A stretch of DNA of 64,000 nucleotides from positions 1,674,001 to 1,738,000 of the forward strand of contig OZ218951.1 in assembly GCA_965112735.1 (NCBI GenBank). The letters are read 5' to 3'. The notes under the pieces are model-generated. The model saw nothing but the letters and a program-made list of their open reading frames with translations. It was not told the DNA's origin and ran no database searches. This document shows, piece after piece, positions 25,156-39,067 of this stretch (within the stretch, counting starts at the first letter, position 1; every line of letters begins with the position of its first letter). The translations under genes and the position numbers were made by a program. The DNA is from Phaeosaccion multiseriatum (lineage: Eukaryota; Protista; Ochrophyta, other classes).

Positions 25156-28100
25156 ATGAGGAGGAGGAGGAGTTTGGTCGCGTTGCTGCTGGGTTGTGGA
25201 GGATATACCGCGGCTGCCGCAGGAGATGGAGGTGTGAGAGGAGGTGGTAGTGGGACATCAAGGCTGCTGAAGCCTTCGTCATTGCTGAGGAGGGAGTCTC
25301 TTTCGAGCCACCGCGTGGCGTTGGAAGGACGGCTTAGTCAGCGACGTCCGAGCAGTACGAGGGCGGGGGATGCTGCCGTGATGCTGAGAGGGGGGAGGCT
25401 TATAGCGGGGTGGTCCTCGTCATCAGAGGAGGAAGAGGACGAGTACGGCGAAAGAAGCTTTGATGGAGAGGGCTCAGGCTCGAGTAGCGAGGAAGAAGGT
25501 TCGGAGGAGAGCGGAGCCGAGAGTGAGGGTGAGTATTCAGCCAGCGAAGATAGTGGAGACGCTTCCGAAGAGGGAGGCGAAGGCGAGATTAGCGGCGCGA
25601 CTGCTGCGGATGGCGACGGCGAGGAAGACGACGGAGAAGAGAGTGAGGGACAAGAGAGTGACAGCAGCAGGGCAAGAGCAGCACGCCACACACACAGTCA
25701 CAGAGGGGCACGACGCTGTAGCCGCCACCACCGCCACCACCTGGGTAGGGGGGAGGAGGGAGGGAGGAGGGGAGAGAAGGGAAAGCGTAGGGCTGTGAAG
25801 AAGAAGGAGGACGGGAAGAAGAAGGGGAAGAAAAAGGGGAGTAGGGTGGCCGAGAGAATGGCCTCCTCCCCATTGTTGCTGTGGCTTCAGAAGATCCGGC
25901 TCTCCGACATCATTACCATCATGTTTCTTGTCTGCTTAGTCAAGGTCGTGGGGCTGTCCAAGGCCGTACTGGTGCTGGGCTTGCTCGAGTTCCTGCTGAA
26001 GCGACGCGGAGTGGGGGCAGGAGCAGGAGAGGGAGGCGAGGCGCGGAAGGGGGCTGTGGCGGGCGGTGGCGGCCTGATGGGCGTGGCAGGCAAGCACGTG
26101 GATAATCACTTCAGCTTTGTGCGCCTGAACGACCGATTTGCCAAGGACCGAAGAGAGCTGCGGGAGAGCTGTCTCGCGGCCCCCATACCTAAGTCAATGG
26201 ACGAGGCTCGTACGAGCGCCGCGAACGACTCCCTGCTGGCGAAGGGTGATTCGGTAAGTGAGGGGCGTGAGTGTGTAAGTGGGTGAGTGTGGGCAATGGA
26301 AGGGGGAAGGGACAGGGTGGCCGGCGTGGCGCTACCGTTGGACGGGTGCTCGACACCGTCACACGCCTTTGGACCCACGCACCCTTTCCTACCTTTCCTT
26401 CCTCCCTGCATCTCCCCTTTCCTTGGTTCCCTCTCTCTTATCTCTTTCTCTTCTCTTTCGCGTCTCTCGCTGCTCGTGTCGGTTGTACAGCCTCTGGCCT
26501 TTTGGAGGTCACAGATAGATGGCTTGGTGGGGTCGATGAGCAAAGGGGGCCTTGGAGGAGGGAGAGATCTTAGTCCGGAGCAGAAGGGAGTCAGTCCAGA
26601 TCACAAGGGGGGGGGAGACAAGTCCCAGGGGGGCGGCGAGGAGGAGGCGACGAAGAGAGCTGGCGGGGGGGCACAGGGAGAGGGAAGGGGGAGCAGCCGG
26701 AGACACAGGGGAAGCAGGAGGACCAAGGGAAGGAGGCGGCGGCACATTAAGGACCAAGAGACAATGGGTGCGAAAGCAGAGGAGGGTGGAATGCCGAAGG
26801 AGCCGCAGCAAAAGGAGGAGAAGACCAACGAGGAGGGGGAGGAGCAGGAGCAGGGGCTAGGGCTGAGGGCGTCGATAAATGGCACCGTGGCGGGAGACGA
26901 GAAGGGGCGCGATGCCCAATCTCTCTCGTCCAAGTGGAAAAACGGAGTCGTCGCTGCCGCTGCTCAGACGGGCGTCGACTCTCCGAAGGCGGATGCTGCT
27001 GTATCACCAACTGCCGCTGCCGCTGCTGCTGTGGCCCCCAAGAGGCCTCGGGCCTTTTTGGTGGACTTGCTGGTAATCGACCCCGTCACCTTTGAGCTCG
27101 CCGTATCTTTTCTGATGGAGGTGAGTGAGCTACGCCCTACCTACCCACCTACCTACCTACCTACCTACCTACCAACCTCCATCCTTCCTACCTACCTCCC
27201 TACCTCCCCACCTAGTTACCTACCTACCTACCTACCTATCTACATATCATAAATATGCACGCTCAAAAGAGAGTGGTGCGATTGAAGCAGTCACCCGACG
27301 CCCTCTCCTCCCTCTATTCCTGCTGCTGCCGCTGCTGCTGCTGCTGCTGCTGCTGCTCCTGTATCACCAACTGCTCTGCTTAGGTCGCGGACCCCGAGAA
27401 GGACGAGATAGTGCTGCGCTTGGAGAGCCCCGGGGGACCCGTGCAGTACGTAGTGCTTTCGTTTGGCGTTCCTACAAGTCAATAAAGTTCCCCACCCCAC
27501 CCCACCCCACCCCACCCACCCCATCCTATCCCACCCCACCCCTCCCCTCCCCTCTCCTTCTCCTGCCCCTGCTGTGGTGTGTCGCACTGCTCACCCCCCC
27601 CTCCTCACCGGTCTCTCCTGACCTCCTCCTTGTCCTTCCTTCGTACCTGCTGCACAACTGCCGTAACTGCCGTAACTGGCGTAACCGCCTCTCTCAGGCT
27701 GTTTGGCCACCTGTCATCTGAGCTTGCTCGTCTGCGGCAGGCGGGCTTCGAGCTCACCGTGTGTGTCGACAAGGTGGCGGCTAGCGGCGGTGAGAAAATG
27801 TGGATGGGGCATCATGAGGATGATGGTGACGATGATGACGAGGAGGATGAGGAGGAGAAGAACGGGGAGGATAAGGTTTGCCTTTCTCTGTCTCCCTCTC
27901 TCTCACACGCGCATACACTCTCTTTTGTCTCTCTTTCCCTCTCTCCCCTCCCTGTCGTCCGCTCTCTGTCTTCCTCCTTCTCACTCTCTCCCCGTCGTCT
28001 TCCCCCCTCTCTCTCTTTCTGTAAATGTCTGTGTTGTTGTGTCACGTGTCCCCAGGCTACATGCTTGCGGTGGTGGGCACGAAGATCGTGGCGGCACCTT

Positions 28101-28689
28101 TCGCCGTGGTGGGCTCCATCGGTGTTATTGCGGAGGTGAGGACTTGGTGCCATCAGTTAGCAGAGGGCAATTGGTGTCATGGAAGAGGACTGGGACGGAC
28201 GGCAATCCGCTTCAGCCCGTGCTCACATCCTTCCTTCGTCTCTCTCTTCTTCCCTCCCTCCCTCCCTCCCTCCCCACCTTGTGTGCCTGCGCTATTCTAC
28301 ACTTGCTCAGGCCCTGAACTTCTCCAAGGGGCTCAAGAAGCTTGGGGGAGAGGCTCATCAGTTCACGGCAGGACAGCTCAAATCCTCCATCGGGGCCTTC
28401 ACAGAGGTGCGCACATACGCTGCAAGTAACGTTACTGCTGGGGCTCTGTACGTAGCCCCAACCTCCTCCTCCTCTTGCCATGCTTTGTTTGTGCCTGTGT
28501 GACGGAGCTCAGGTGACGACAAACCAGAAGCTTGCTATGCGCAAGCAGATTGACACAATACACATCGCCTTCAAGGTCCGTCAGTCAGACAGTCAGTGAA
28601 GTAGCGAAGCAAAGGGTCACGGTAGTTCGTCGCTTTGTCTGTTCCGTTTTGTTGCTCTCTGTGTCCTGTCCATCTTATCTCACCGTGTT

Positions 28690-28728
<39 letters not shown>

Positions 28729-29788
28729 CTCCCTCCCCTCTCTCTCCCTCTCTTTGTCCCTCTCTCTCTGCTTCCCTCCCTCTGTCCTGTCGTTCTGTCC
28801 CTCATGCCTATCGCCGTGCCAACTGTGAACATATGAACAACAGGACCACATCCGCAAGTACCGCCCCATCGTGGACGTGGAAACCGTCGGCACCGGGGAG
28901 GTGTGGCTCGCCATGGATGCGCAGCGGCTGGGTATGGTCGATGAGGTTGGTCGTGGAATGGTAGTCTGCAGCCCCTGTGGACTTGGACTCTGACTGGCTC
29001 TGGCCACCGACTCACTGCGCCCCCACTCGCTCACACGCACCTCCTCTCCGCGCCCCCCCCCCCCCCTCCTTCCCCTCCCTCCGTCCACCTCACCCCTCAC
29101 CCCTCCTTCTCCTTTACAGATATCAACCTCCTCGGAATACCTTCACGAACTCACCAAGAAGAAGGACGTCTATCAGATGAAGAATTACACACGCAAGCTC
29201 GGCTTGCACGTTGGTCGAAGCGTCTTCAACCCCTTCGCCAAGGCCGCTGCTCTGGGAAGGGAGGTGGTCACACTCGTTCACTCTCTGTCCGCTCTCTTCC
29301 CGGCCGATCCGACACCGTCATCATCCCCTGCATCAGGGGCGTCAGGCTTGTCGGCCTCTCGGTCACACAAGCTCACACCCTTGGTAGCGTCATTGTCGAG
29401 GCTGGCAGCAGCAGTTGGTGATACGGGAGAAGAAGCAGGAGGAGAAGGAGGAGGAGCAGGAGGCATGGGCATGGGGTTCGGCCTGGAGCAGCAATTTCCC
29501 CCCTTCGCTATGGCCTCGGCGCCTGGAGGAGGAGGAGGAGGAGGAGGGGGAGGAGGAGACTTTGGGAGTTTTATGATGGGCATGGCCCCCTTGGGGCAGG
29601 TCGGGCAGGGCCCCTCTGCTGCTGTATCACCAACTGGCGATGTTGCTGATGTTGCTGATGCTGCTGCTGCTAATGCTGCGTCGTGGAGCGGTGGTGCCAG
29701 ATATTGCGATGAGACGAAGGGACAAGGTAGTGAGGAGAGGGGACAAAGGGAGAGGCAGCCGCAGCAGCCACAGCCACATTCGCAGTAG
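25156..29788 (+). CDS. sohB: Peptidase family S49 (SohB/SppA-like) with long low-complexity extensions; multi-exon
   Basis: EIVLRLESPGG, LARLRQAGFELTVCVDKVAASG|GYMLA, IVAAPFAVVGSIGVIAE, LNF..LKK, TAGQLK, H.AFK|DHI..YRP.VDVE.VGTGEVW...DA.RLGMVDE. Confidence 0.9.
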
Positions 29789-30251
29789 CAGCACCAGCAG
29801 CAGTAGTAACAGCAGAAGCAGTAGTAGCAGCAGAGCCAGGCCAAACAGAAGCTGAAGCAGGGTACGAGGGAGAACCTCCGGCAGTGCAGTAGCCTCGGCA
29901 GTTGGTGATACAGCTGCAGACGAGTCCGTCAAGAGCACACGCACACACGTCCGAAACGGTTTTGTGTGTGGTGCATCCCTGCCCAGATGATCCCTGCCCA
30001 GACTGCGACCACAACTCCACAGCTTCACAAGCACAACGTGTACATACACCATCTATTTTTGTGTACTTGGTCTCTGAGCCCCTCCATTGGCCTCCTCAGC
30101 ACCTCGCCTGAGCGACACATCAGCTGGAAAGAGTATATGAGCCCCGTATTCTTGCTGAGAGAGAAAGCAAGCCTGGCTGCCTTGTCCCCCGCCCTTGCTG
30201 CTTCAGCGTGACCATCTGCTCATGGCCCAGCTGCCCCGCGACAGCCTCCTC

Positions 30252-30284
<33 letters not shown>

Positions 30285-30327
30285 TCCCCCCTCCTCCTGC
30301 TGCTGCCACCGCCCTTCTCTGCCGCCC

Positions 30328-31900
30328 TCAATCCTCCAGCCAGTACGGCGCGTGGCTGCGTACGTAGGGATCCCCTGGCGGTGCTTTCCTCCACCTGCTC
30401 CCCTGGGGCCTGTTGCAGCGGGGGCGTAATACCTCGTACAAGTTCGCAAGGATGCCTTGATTGTAAATGTTCAGCGGCCTCTGTTGGGTGGTGTGGGGTG
30501 GGGTCCGTAGGGTGTTGGGTGGGGCGGGTCGGGTGGGTGGGTTGGGGTGGGGTGGGTGCGATAGACCACCATAGCGCGTAGGACAGTCTGAGCTCTCCGG
30601 CACTATCCGACAAACCCCTCATCTGGGTGCCGGAGCAGCATCAGGAGCAGCAGCAGCAGCAGCAGCAAGAAGAACCGCCTGCTTCCCTAAACACCAACAT
30701 CAGCCCCCTGCAGTAGTCACCATACCCAAGCCGAAAAGTACTCAATCACCCACCCACAAACCTACCTTTCCCGGTGGGGGCGAGGGGCCGTCCGGTGCCG
30801 GAGCCTTCTCCTCCGCCTCCTCCTCCTCCTCCTCCTGCTGCTCCTCCTCCCCTTTGTCCTCCTCCTTGTCCTCCTCCTCTGCTTGCTTCACTTCATCCCC
30901 CTCCTCAGTCGCTTTGGTTTTTCGCTTCCCTGCTCGTTTTCGCAGGCCAACCCGCCTTCCTGTTGCCCCTGCTCCATTCCTACCTGCCTCCTCCTCCTCA
31001 GCCGGCTTGTCAGTGGAGTCTCCTCCACCGTCCTTTCCTTGCTTTCCCTCTGTTTGACCTGTCACCTCACCCATCCCCTCGAACCTTCCTCCGCTGTCTT
31101 TGTAGGCTTTTGTCTGTTCACAGCATCACGTCAAGGTTAGGAGGGTAAGGGTGGTGGTGCAGAGATGCAGCGTGGAATAGATACGGCAAGATATGCAGCA
31201 GAGTACACCGTAGACCACACAGGGGGTAAGGACCGCGGTTGTTAGTAGCAGCAGTTGGTGATACTGGAGGAGGAGGAGGAGGAGGAGGAGGAGGCGGAGG
31301 AGGAGGAGGAGGAGGAGGAGGAGGAGGGGGAGGAAGAGGAGGAGGAGGCGGAGGAGAAGGAGGAGGGGGAGAAGCAGGAGCAGGAGGAGGAGGAGGGAGG
31401 AGGAGGAGGGAGGAGGGAGGAGAGACCGATTGGCCCTGGCATACGCAATTCCAAACCTTGTTCACTTATCACTCACCAATCGGCGATGGAAGCCGGCCAC
31501 TTCTTTCCATTTGGCAGCCTCGTTGGTTGTCTGCCCCCTCACTATGAGCCAAATGTGATACAGAAAGAAGCCTGCGAGGACGAGGCCCATGCAAGACGCT
31601 AGTGCCAGCAGGCCGAGGAGGCGACCACGATGGAACATGAAGTACTGATGGATGGCAATGGATGGCGGGAGGAAAGGAGGGAGGGGAGAAGGGAGCGAGG
31701 GGGGGAGGGAGGAACGGAGGGACGGATGGCAAGAGGGAGGGAGGGAGGGAGAGAGGGAACAGGAACGGGGGCGGGGGTTAGGAAGGGCGAGAAGGGTGAC
31801 CCATGGGCAACCCACACAAAGACACGCACACACATACACAATCACGCACACGCACACACGTAAACACATACAAACGCACAGGCACAGGCACAGGCACAGG

Positions 31901-31931
<31 letters not shown>

Positions 31932-33712
31932 GCGCTATGATGAGAGGTGAGGCCTTGGTGCGCTGATTGGTAGTGGTGTTGATGAAGGTGGCGTCCCACA
32001 GCCGCTTCTCCTGCGCGTCGCTGGCGAGAATGCTCCCGATGAGGACGGACCCGTAGGCCAGCATCAGCTGGGGGGGGAGGATGGATGGAGGGAGAGGGGG
32101 GGAGGGAGGGAGGGAGGGAGGGAGGAAGGGAGGGAGGGAGGGAAGAGGGGAGGGGGAGAAGGCGGGATGGGACGTAAGGGTGCAGGGTCGACAGAGAGGG
32201 TCCATATAGAGGGTGGACATAGACTCGTGTCGGAAGGCCGGCACACTCACGCAATGCACGAGCAGGAAGAAGAGGAAGTGGCGGTAATTGTCCTCCCCCA
32301 CACACTGATTCAGCCACCCGCAGTGGTGATCGAAGCGAGACACGCAGTGATTGCACACGCGGCAGTGCTTTGACCTCGCCAGTCTGTAGAGGACCAACGC
32401 AGGATGGAGGGAGGAGAAGAAAGGCGGGAGTGTTTCACAGATGGCAGCAAGTGAGTGAGTGAGTGCGTCAATGACTTGATGCAAGGAAGTGAAGTACGCT
32501 TCGGGTGGGACTATGGGGTACTGGGTTAGGAGAGAGGGATGGGGGGACGACTCAAGGGCTCGAAAGATGGCAGCCTACGGCCTGCATAACCACACATGAG
32601 TAGAGGGGGGTTGGTAGCGGATGGCAGCGGATGGCACTACTCACTTGACGGTCTTGCACGTTTTGCAATTCCGCTTCGTGTAGAGCAGGTTGTCGAAGGG
32701 GTAGTTGGCGAGGCTTCGCGCAGTCTCCTGCAGCCGGGAAGGCGTGTGTGTGTTGAGTGAGTAAGTGAGTGAGTGCGTGAGTGGGTGGGTGAGTGAGTGA
32801 ATGCGTCGAGTGAGTGAGTGTGTGAGTGAGTGAGAGTTGAGTGACACAATGCACTGGGTCGGCGGACTGACCTGGGTGATGACGCCTGGCCCTTTGAGAC
32901 ATGCAATGGCGAAGGTGGCGATGCACGCAGCCATAACCAGGAAGGCAGTTTGCTGCTCAGGGTCAGGGTGAGGATGAGGGTGATGGTCAGGGGTGGGGGC
33001 AGGGATGGAACAGCGAGAGAATGGCACCGAGGACGACAGTTACAAGCTGTAGGTGGAACCCATTGCTCCAATGGCGAGAGTCTTGGTCCATATACCTAAC
33101 CCACCCTTGCTTCAGTCCCGACATCTATCAGCGCCACTGTTGCCTCCATATTGGAGCAAGACTCATCGCAGCCATATTGTACCTTGTGATACTCATCGAG
33201 GTAGAGGTTGGGTATCTCCGGATAGCCTTCCAGCAAGAAGAGGAGGAAGCTGCCGTTCACGAGCACCATGTAGACGATTTGCATCACGGGGTTGGGCGAG
33301 TCACACAGCCACGAGTAGGCGTTGTTGGTGGCTTCTCGCATGTCTTCCATACGCTTCTTGCCCATCAACTTTTGCATGCACCACCAGTATGCTGCGGGGA
33401 CTCTCTCTGTGAGGCCTCTGCTAATCATACCGCCGAGGCCATCGCTGTGACGAGGATACAAGGATAAGAAAGGGGGGGGAAAAAAAGGAAAGGTAGGCCG
33501 ATGAAAGAAGGAGATGGACTTCTTAAAGGGGGTATCTGTGTTTATGCGGGGTCGGAGAGGTAGGACAGGAAAAAGAGTGTTGTACTACCGTAGAGGGGAA
33601 GAGGAAAGCTTGGCGAGAACTAGTACCTGTCGGGGTCGGCCACGAATAAGCCATATAGGAAGAACATTGCCACCACGGCGTTGAAAGCCAACAGCGACAC
33701 GGCGGATACCAT
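30328..33712 (-). CDS. DHHC protein S-palmitoyltransferase (SWF1/ZDHHC4-like); multi-exon
   Basis: CKTCK..K|[40 protein letters not shown] motif, C-terminal [14 protein letters not shown], several TM segments. ATG at 33712. Confidence 0.93.
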
Positions 33713-34029
33713 CTTTCCCTCTCTTCAAGCCTTTATCAGCTTTCCATAAAGCTTCTTTCTTTTTTCTCCACCCCCGATTATCCCCTCCCCCTTGTGAACG
33801 ATCAACTTGACCCTGAGTTTCAGCCCTTTCCCCCCGTTGTGATCTTTCATCTTTCCCCTCTTTCGCTCTGATCCGCTCTGGAGAGCTGGAGGAGACGATG
33901 GGGAGGGATTGGGAAATGGTCAGGAAGAGGGAAGGCTCATCACGCCTTCGTCCTGCGGTGAGTAGGGATTTGGAGGTTGTACAGAGCCATTCATCCTCCT
34001 TTCTCTCTTCTCTCTCGCTTTCAACTTAA

Positions 34030-35119
34030 AGGGGGCTGCAGCTTGAGGGCAGTGCGACGTGAGCGTCGTCCAGGCCCTGCCCAGACAAATGAAGCGGCCG
34101 AACCTCTACTGGGGTGACCACTTGGCCATCACGCGGGAGCGAGTGCTGCGCTCCAGGGGTCCGCTCGGGACGGTGTGAGGATTCTCAAGTAGCTGCCCCG
34201 AAGAAGGGTGTGGCAGAATATGCGGAGTGCGCTGGCCTCGATGATTGGGACAAGCGTCTCCGGCCTCTCTATGGAGAGTCGGAGTGGCAGTGAGGCCCTT
34301 GAGTTGCTGCAGTGGGTGATGACGGCGACGCATTCTGGTGCAGGTGAAAGGGGAGAAGGAGTGAGGGTGCAGTGACCTTGAGGAGCCTTTCTGGGTGGTT
34401 TGCCCCAATCTGGGCTGTCACACCCAATCTGGTCTGTCGACAGCCCAGCAAGACGAGGGCGCTCGGCGAGTACGGCATACGGCGGGGAGGGTCGGACAGG
34501 TGGGGGCGGCCGAGCAAGCACAGCCTGAGCATCCGAAGAACACCTCGACAAGGAGCCGTGCCCGTGGAACGTGTGGACAATGGGTCGGGCTGCGGAGCGA
34601 GGGAATGAGAAAAGGCTCTCGTGGCTCCTGTCTGTGGAAGTAAATACCCCGTTCAGCTGCACCGTTTGGACGGCAGTGGCGCGTCTGGGGTACATCAATG
34701 TTCTTCAAGTGCTTTTGGACCGCCCCAATATCAGAGCCGTGCTGGAAGGGGCACAGCCGGGTAGCTGGTGGCGCACAGGGTCTCCCGCTGCTTCCATTGG
34801 TGGCAAGTTGGAGGTGCTGCGCTGGCTGCACGCAAAGGCGCGTAATCTGTGCAATTGGAGCAGCATCGTCTGTCAGAATGCCGTCACGGACGCCAAGAGC
34901 CTGGAGACTTTGCAGTGGCTGCGGTCCGAGAACGTCATGTGTGAGTGGGACCGGCGCTCATGCCCGGAAGTGCTGCTAGGCATGGGGGAGTGGGATGCAG
35001 GGAGGCATGCGGCCTTTGAGGAGATTTTTTCCCCTGTGACTGCGAGGACTGAAGGCGATACAGGGTTTGAATTGAAGAGGAGTAAGAAGAAGTTCACGCT
35101 GAAAGTATTCTTATCTTAA
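34030..35119 (+). pseudogene. Degenerate ankyrin-like repeat gene
   Basis: ORF 34571..35119 has VARLGYINVLQVL, GGKLEVLRWLH..CNW and LETLQWLRSE..CEWD repeats. Similar upstream pieces are broken by stops and frameshifts. Confidence 0.55.
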
Positions 35120-35219
35120 CGTTGTACAAATGTTTTGTCCATACAGCACGCATCCTTCGAAACCAACCTTGACCATCATATGAGTTCCGCCGTTGTCTGC
35201 TCCTGCTGCTGGCTAACCT

Positions 35220-35254
35220 CTCTATCTGTCTATCTATCTGTCCATCTATCTATG

Positions 35255-35308
<54 letters not shown>

Positions 35309-35309
35309 C

Positions 35310-35343
<34 letters not shown>

Positions 35344-35358
35344 GTCTATCTATCTATA

Positions 35359-35397
<39 letters not shown>

Positions 35398-35430
35398 GTA
35401 TCTATCTATCTATCTATATATCTATCTGTC
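35220..35430. repeat. (TATC)n microsatellite
   Basis: Visible; only ~2 units at the paralogous site near 40905. Confidence 0.95.
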
Positions 35431-35872
35431 AAGCGGCTCGACAACACCCTGCCTCTGGCCAACACGACCCCCCCCCCCTGGGCCTTGAACGGGTCGGCTG
35501 CTGCCTCTCCTCTCCTCGTCGCGATAGTTTTTGCCTATCCCTCCCCTTCCGAAGCTTTGCCACTGGCCCACGTCCAGCTAAGTATATGATCAGAATCACC
35601 ACCCCTCTCCTCAAAACAGTGAGTCATGTGTGTGTGTGTGTGCGCGCGCGCGTGTGTGTGTACTACAAAACCACACTCGCGCAGCGCTCCCGCCAATTTC
35701 TCCGATTCTACACCCCAATGGACTGACTCGTTCACTTAACAAGGGCACTCCACCCCACAGCACACGGGCAACGTCGCAAACCAAGATACTCCCCCGCCCC
35801 CTGTGACCCTGTTTCCCCCTCCCCTGGGCTCCATCAAGAAGCTGCTACTCACACTATCTACTACTTTCGTGC

Positions 35873-36363
35873 TCATGACTCCTTCTCCACCCGTAGAATC
35901 CTGTCTGCCCAGTCACTGGCAGCATCGGCCGCGTAGACGATAACGTCCTCACGACAGCGCTCGCTCGGCAAGAAGCCCGACTGGTACCCGTAATACCCAA
36001 AGTCATAGTGCGCCGCTCCCTCCACCTCGATGCTCGTGATGCTCGAGGCAGCCACCAACGGCTTCAGGCTCCCCACCAACTGGTCCCTACTCCCGCTGAC
36101 CTGTCGAATGCAGGCAGCAGCGGCAGGAGGAGGCGCAGCAGCAACAGCCGCAGCAGCAGCAGGAGCAGCAGCAAGAGAAGACGCAGCAGCCAGACGTTTG
36201 TTTCGGTAAGCCTTTCTCTCCTCACCCGCAAGGCCACCCCCCCGCACCCTCGTCTTTCCAGCGCCCACATCCTCCCTCCCTTCCAAGCTGTCTTCTTATT
36301 CCCCTCGCTATCCGCCTCTCTCTCCCTCCCTCCCTCCCCCCCTCCCTCCCTCCCTCCCTCCCT

Positions 36364-36402
<39 letters not shown>

Positions 36403-38726
36403 TCTTCTTCTCTCTGCCCCTCTCTCCCCCCCTGGCTGGCTGTCGGCCTCTCTCCCTCCCTCCCTCCCTCCCTCTCTCTCTCCATCTCTTCTTGTCTCTC
36501 TCGCTCGCTTTAGACAGCTCTAAGTTCATCCCGACCTCACCTGAAAGAAGGGTAGATTGGAGTTCTTGGCCTTGAAGTTCACCCCAGGTGCGCTGCTTGC
36601 GAAGAGCATCACTCCCGCAAGGCTCTCCTCCTCCTCAAGGGCAAACGAGGAGGCCACATTCCCGCCCAGTGAATGTCCTCCTACGAACCAAGGCAGCGGC
36701 TGCTGCTCCTGCTGCTCTTGCTGCTCCTGCTGCTCTTGCTGTTTCTGTTTCTGCTTCTGCCCCTCCTGATGCTGCCTCCACGCCTGCCCCTGCACCCATT
36801 TCAAGGCCCCCTCCTTGTCGTTGCGGGCGTCTCTGCCAGGAGCTGACAGCCCCACTGCCAAGAAGCCCCTCTGCGCCAAGGCGCTCAGAAGACTCCCGTA
36901 GGCCTCTGTAGGGACCGCGGCCCCTTGGTAGAACGCGATGCCGGCCTTGGGATCTCCTGCATGCGGATAGGCAAGGGCAAGGAATGGCACAGCACGGCAC
37001 AGCACCAACAACCATCTTTAGCGTTGCCATTCATTCCATCTTTCGCTTTGTCACCCATTCCATCCCATCTGCATGTGCTCTGCTTCTTTCCCTACCCACA
37101 CGCGAGTGAACAATCAATCATGAAATCAATCAAAAATGTTCCCCACACACACGCACACACGCACGCACCTGCTGCAGGCTCGAACACCCAGGTCCCGTCG
37201 TCGTAAGATGTCACCTTCACGCCTTCTCTCCCTCCTCGACTCCCCCCCTCCTCCTGCGCCTCGTTCTCCTGCAGAAACCTCTCACCCTCCCTCATCAGCG
37301 CAGGATAGGACAGAAACGCGACTGCCGTGATCATCTCCGTCACAACTGTTTCATCGGCAGTTACAAGGTCCGCGTGGGTCCTCCCTTCCAACACCACAAG
37401 GCGGGCCTCTCGGGGCAGGGCTGGAGTCATGCTGGCCTCCATCTTTTGGTCCGGGGTGAGGGGTACAGGCATCGCGTTGCCAACGGGGGCAGAGGATAGG
37501 GGATAGTGGAGGGGGCAGAAGGGCGGGGGGGGGTGAGTGGTGGTCGAAGGAGAGAGAGAGGGAGAGGGAGAGGGAGAGAGAGAGAGTGAGAGTGAGAGTA
37601 CGAGAGAGAGAGACAGAGAGCGCAAGAGAGTGAGAGCGAGAGTGCAAGAGAGAGACAGAGAGAGAGAGCACAAGCCAGAGGGGCAGTGAGTGTGCAAGAG
37701 GAGGGACAAGAGTCAGTAACATGCTCACTCTGCAGTAGAGAGGAAGGAAGAATGCCGCTCGCCCTTGGCGGTGGGGTGCTTCAGGCGTGCCTCACCTGCT
37801 CGACAGATACCGTGCCGTCCTCCGTCCCAGCGAGTAAAAAGGTGTACACATTCAAAGCGGCCAGATCCAAATCCGGAGCGGCGACGCCTCCCACCAGGCC
37901 AAGCGACCTGATGCGAGGCTGTGTGGAACACGAGCAGCGAGCGAGGGGATGCCGTGGGAGCAGGAGATGGGTCAGAGAAGAGGGAGCTGGTGAGACAAGA
38001 GAGTGGCCCTAGCTACTGTACAGAGATCCGTTCCCCATGCCCAAGTTTCGCAACGCCCCCCCATTCACGACGCAAGCTCGGCCGAGCAAGCGCCCCACCA
38101 CCCTCACGCAGGCCTACGATTCGGCCTACTCACGTGCATGGCAGCAAGCAGGCGCGAAGCCACCACTGCCCCCCGTCCGTGGCCCACCAGCGCCCACTCC
38201 ATAGGCTGCAACTTCTGCTGGTCTGTCATACGCAGCACCGCCGCTGCGAGTGCCTCCTTGTCCTCCGGACTCATTCTTGTTCCTCCCAAAGAGGCTCCTT
38301 CCCCACCCAGTCCTTCCTCCTCCTCCTCCTCCTGCCCCCCTTCACACTCCTGTGTTACCCTGCACTGAGTTGAGGCTGATCGGAGCGGAACGACTTCAAA
38401 CCGACTCACTCCCTGCCCGTCTCCCACCACGGCTGTAAGGATCTGTATACCTCCGCCTGATTGCCCACCTCTCCGAGGAGAAGCACTCCTCTAGGTGGGC
38501 TGAAGAATGTTCTTGCGCCCGCTGGTGCCACTACTGTTACTCCCGATGATCCCGGTGTATTTTGGTCTGTGTCCGCGGATAACAATCCTGGCCGTGCTAC
38601 TAGTACCAAAGCAGCTGCGGCGGCCACCTTTCCCATAGCTCGCTGAACGTTAAGGAAGACGCGTCCACTGCTCCTCGTGGGAAGAGCAGTAGCGGCAGGA
38701 GCAGGTGCTGCGGAAAGCCTACACAT
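35873..38726 (-). pseudogene. Alpha/beta-hydrolase copy 1, frameshifted
   Basis: 4-bp deletion at ~38437 relative to copy 2 (GGCTGTAAGG vs GGCTGTAGCCAAGG) gives a stop at 38406. Also a 13-codon in-frame deletion near 36068. Confidence 0.8.
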
Positions 38727-39067
38727 CGAGAGGACTGGGCCGCCTTAAGCGATCTTCAAGCTGGGGAATATTTTTTCCCCCCCATTAAGTGCCATCTATG
38801 ATTGTCTAAAAGTAAAAAGTCATGTCTCACCCGCCCCGGGGAACTTAGCCCCCGAGGTGATCGTATCCCTCCGATGCGTCAGTTCTCCCCATCGGCATAA
38901 AGTTGATGCCAGCCAGGATCCTATGCAGGGAAGGCGGCGGGGAAGAATAAGAGGGGGTGTTGGTGGTGGAGCGTCGTCCCCTGTGACCGCCGCCGGATAC
39001 TCCTGTAACGAACAAGTACTGAATCCACCAAGAATTAACATAATGTATTCTCCTTCACCATAGACAC

